Assembly: GCA_963719035.1 (NCBI GenBank)
Contig: CAVRAO010000002.1
Span: 64,001-128,000 of the forward strand
Source of the DNA: Methanobacteriota archaeon
GTDB lineage: Archaea; Halobacteriota; Bog-38; Methanoflorentales; Methanoflorentaceae
Reading direction: 5' to 3'
DNA: 64,000 nt
Both the position numbers and the translations under genes were made by a program. This document shows positions 63,634 through 64,000 of this stretch, in pieces. Position 1 is the stretch's first letter. Each line of letters starts with the position of its first letter. Under the pieces are notes generated by a model. That model had not been told where the DNA came from, searched no databases, and worked only from the letters and a program-made list of their open reading frames with translations.

Positions 63634-64000
63634 CTATAGCTCTAGCAATATCTTTTTCGCGTCAAGTGCTCCATTCCATTCAAAATCAAAGGTTGACATC
63701 AGATAATCGGTGTATGATTGGTTATCGGTCCAAAACGCTCTTAACGCATCATCGAGCGAAAGCCCCTCCAAGTCCAGATAGATCGAACTGATACTTTCTT
63801 TCCTATCCCCGACTACCATAAACGCGCCTTGGTAACGATCAACGTGGCGGATTTCCTCACCGATGTCCACGAGCCGTTGTATGACTTTACTGTAAACGCC
63901 TGTTATTTTCGTGATACCCCTGACCCGTCCGCCGTTTTCTATCAACGTCTGGCATTTATTCGTTAAACCGAATTGTTCGGAGAAGATTAACATTTCCGGT
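63634..64000 (-). CDS. Third TrmB-like paralog, 5' part beyond window
   Basis: GGRVRGIT...IGEEIRH...WTD...YLMSTF..W aligns with the neighbours' C-termini; frame stays open to the window edge. Confidence 0.75.
   Translation of the reverse strand, partial: PEMLIFSEQFGLTNKCQTLIENGGRVRGITKITGVYSKVIQRLVDIGEEIRHVDRYQGAFMVVGDRKESISSIYLDLEGLSLDDALRAFWTDNQSYTDYLMSTFDFEWNGALDAKKILLEL

Overview
Archaeal chromosomal window, mostly core housekeeping genes. Gene content and order (histone, TFE, aTrm56, cdrS-ftsZ2, DGGGPL reductase, MfnE-like kinase, S19e-L39e-L31e-aIF6-LX-pfdA-ftsY-srp54 operon) point to Halobacteriota, probably Methanomicrobia-like (inference). It holds about 70 CDS and 11 tRNA genes, 4 with introns. 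I found no rRNA, CRISPR array, integrase or transposase. Seven genes, several essential (pyrB, dedA, aIF-1A, tyrS, a wHTH gene, srp54, ftsY), have 1-2 nt indels that look like assembly errors. Best leads: (1) a putative 2-oxoglutarate module of Re-citrate-synthase-like enzyme, LeuC/LeuD-type two-subunit aconitase candidate with an atypical YKYD loop, and IDH-like dehydrogenase, next to a LarA racemase and a double-Cys4 protein; (2) tRNA-Ile(GAT) with a D-arm intron; (3) an 11-bp-phased heptamer array upstream of cdrS-ftsZ2; (4) tandem TrmB paralogs with near-identical DNA-binding but divergent sensor domains; (5) a mosaic 1.8-kb flippase duplication; (6) two microproteins, one absent from the ORF track. 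All calls come from reading the sequence by eye; no database searches were run.
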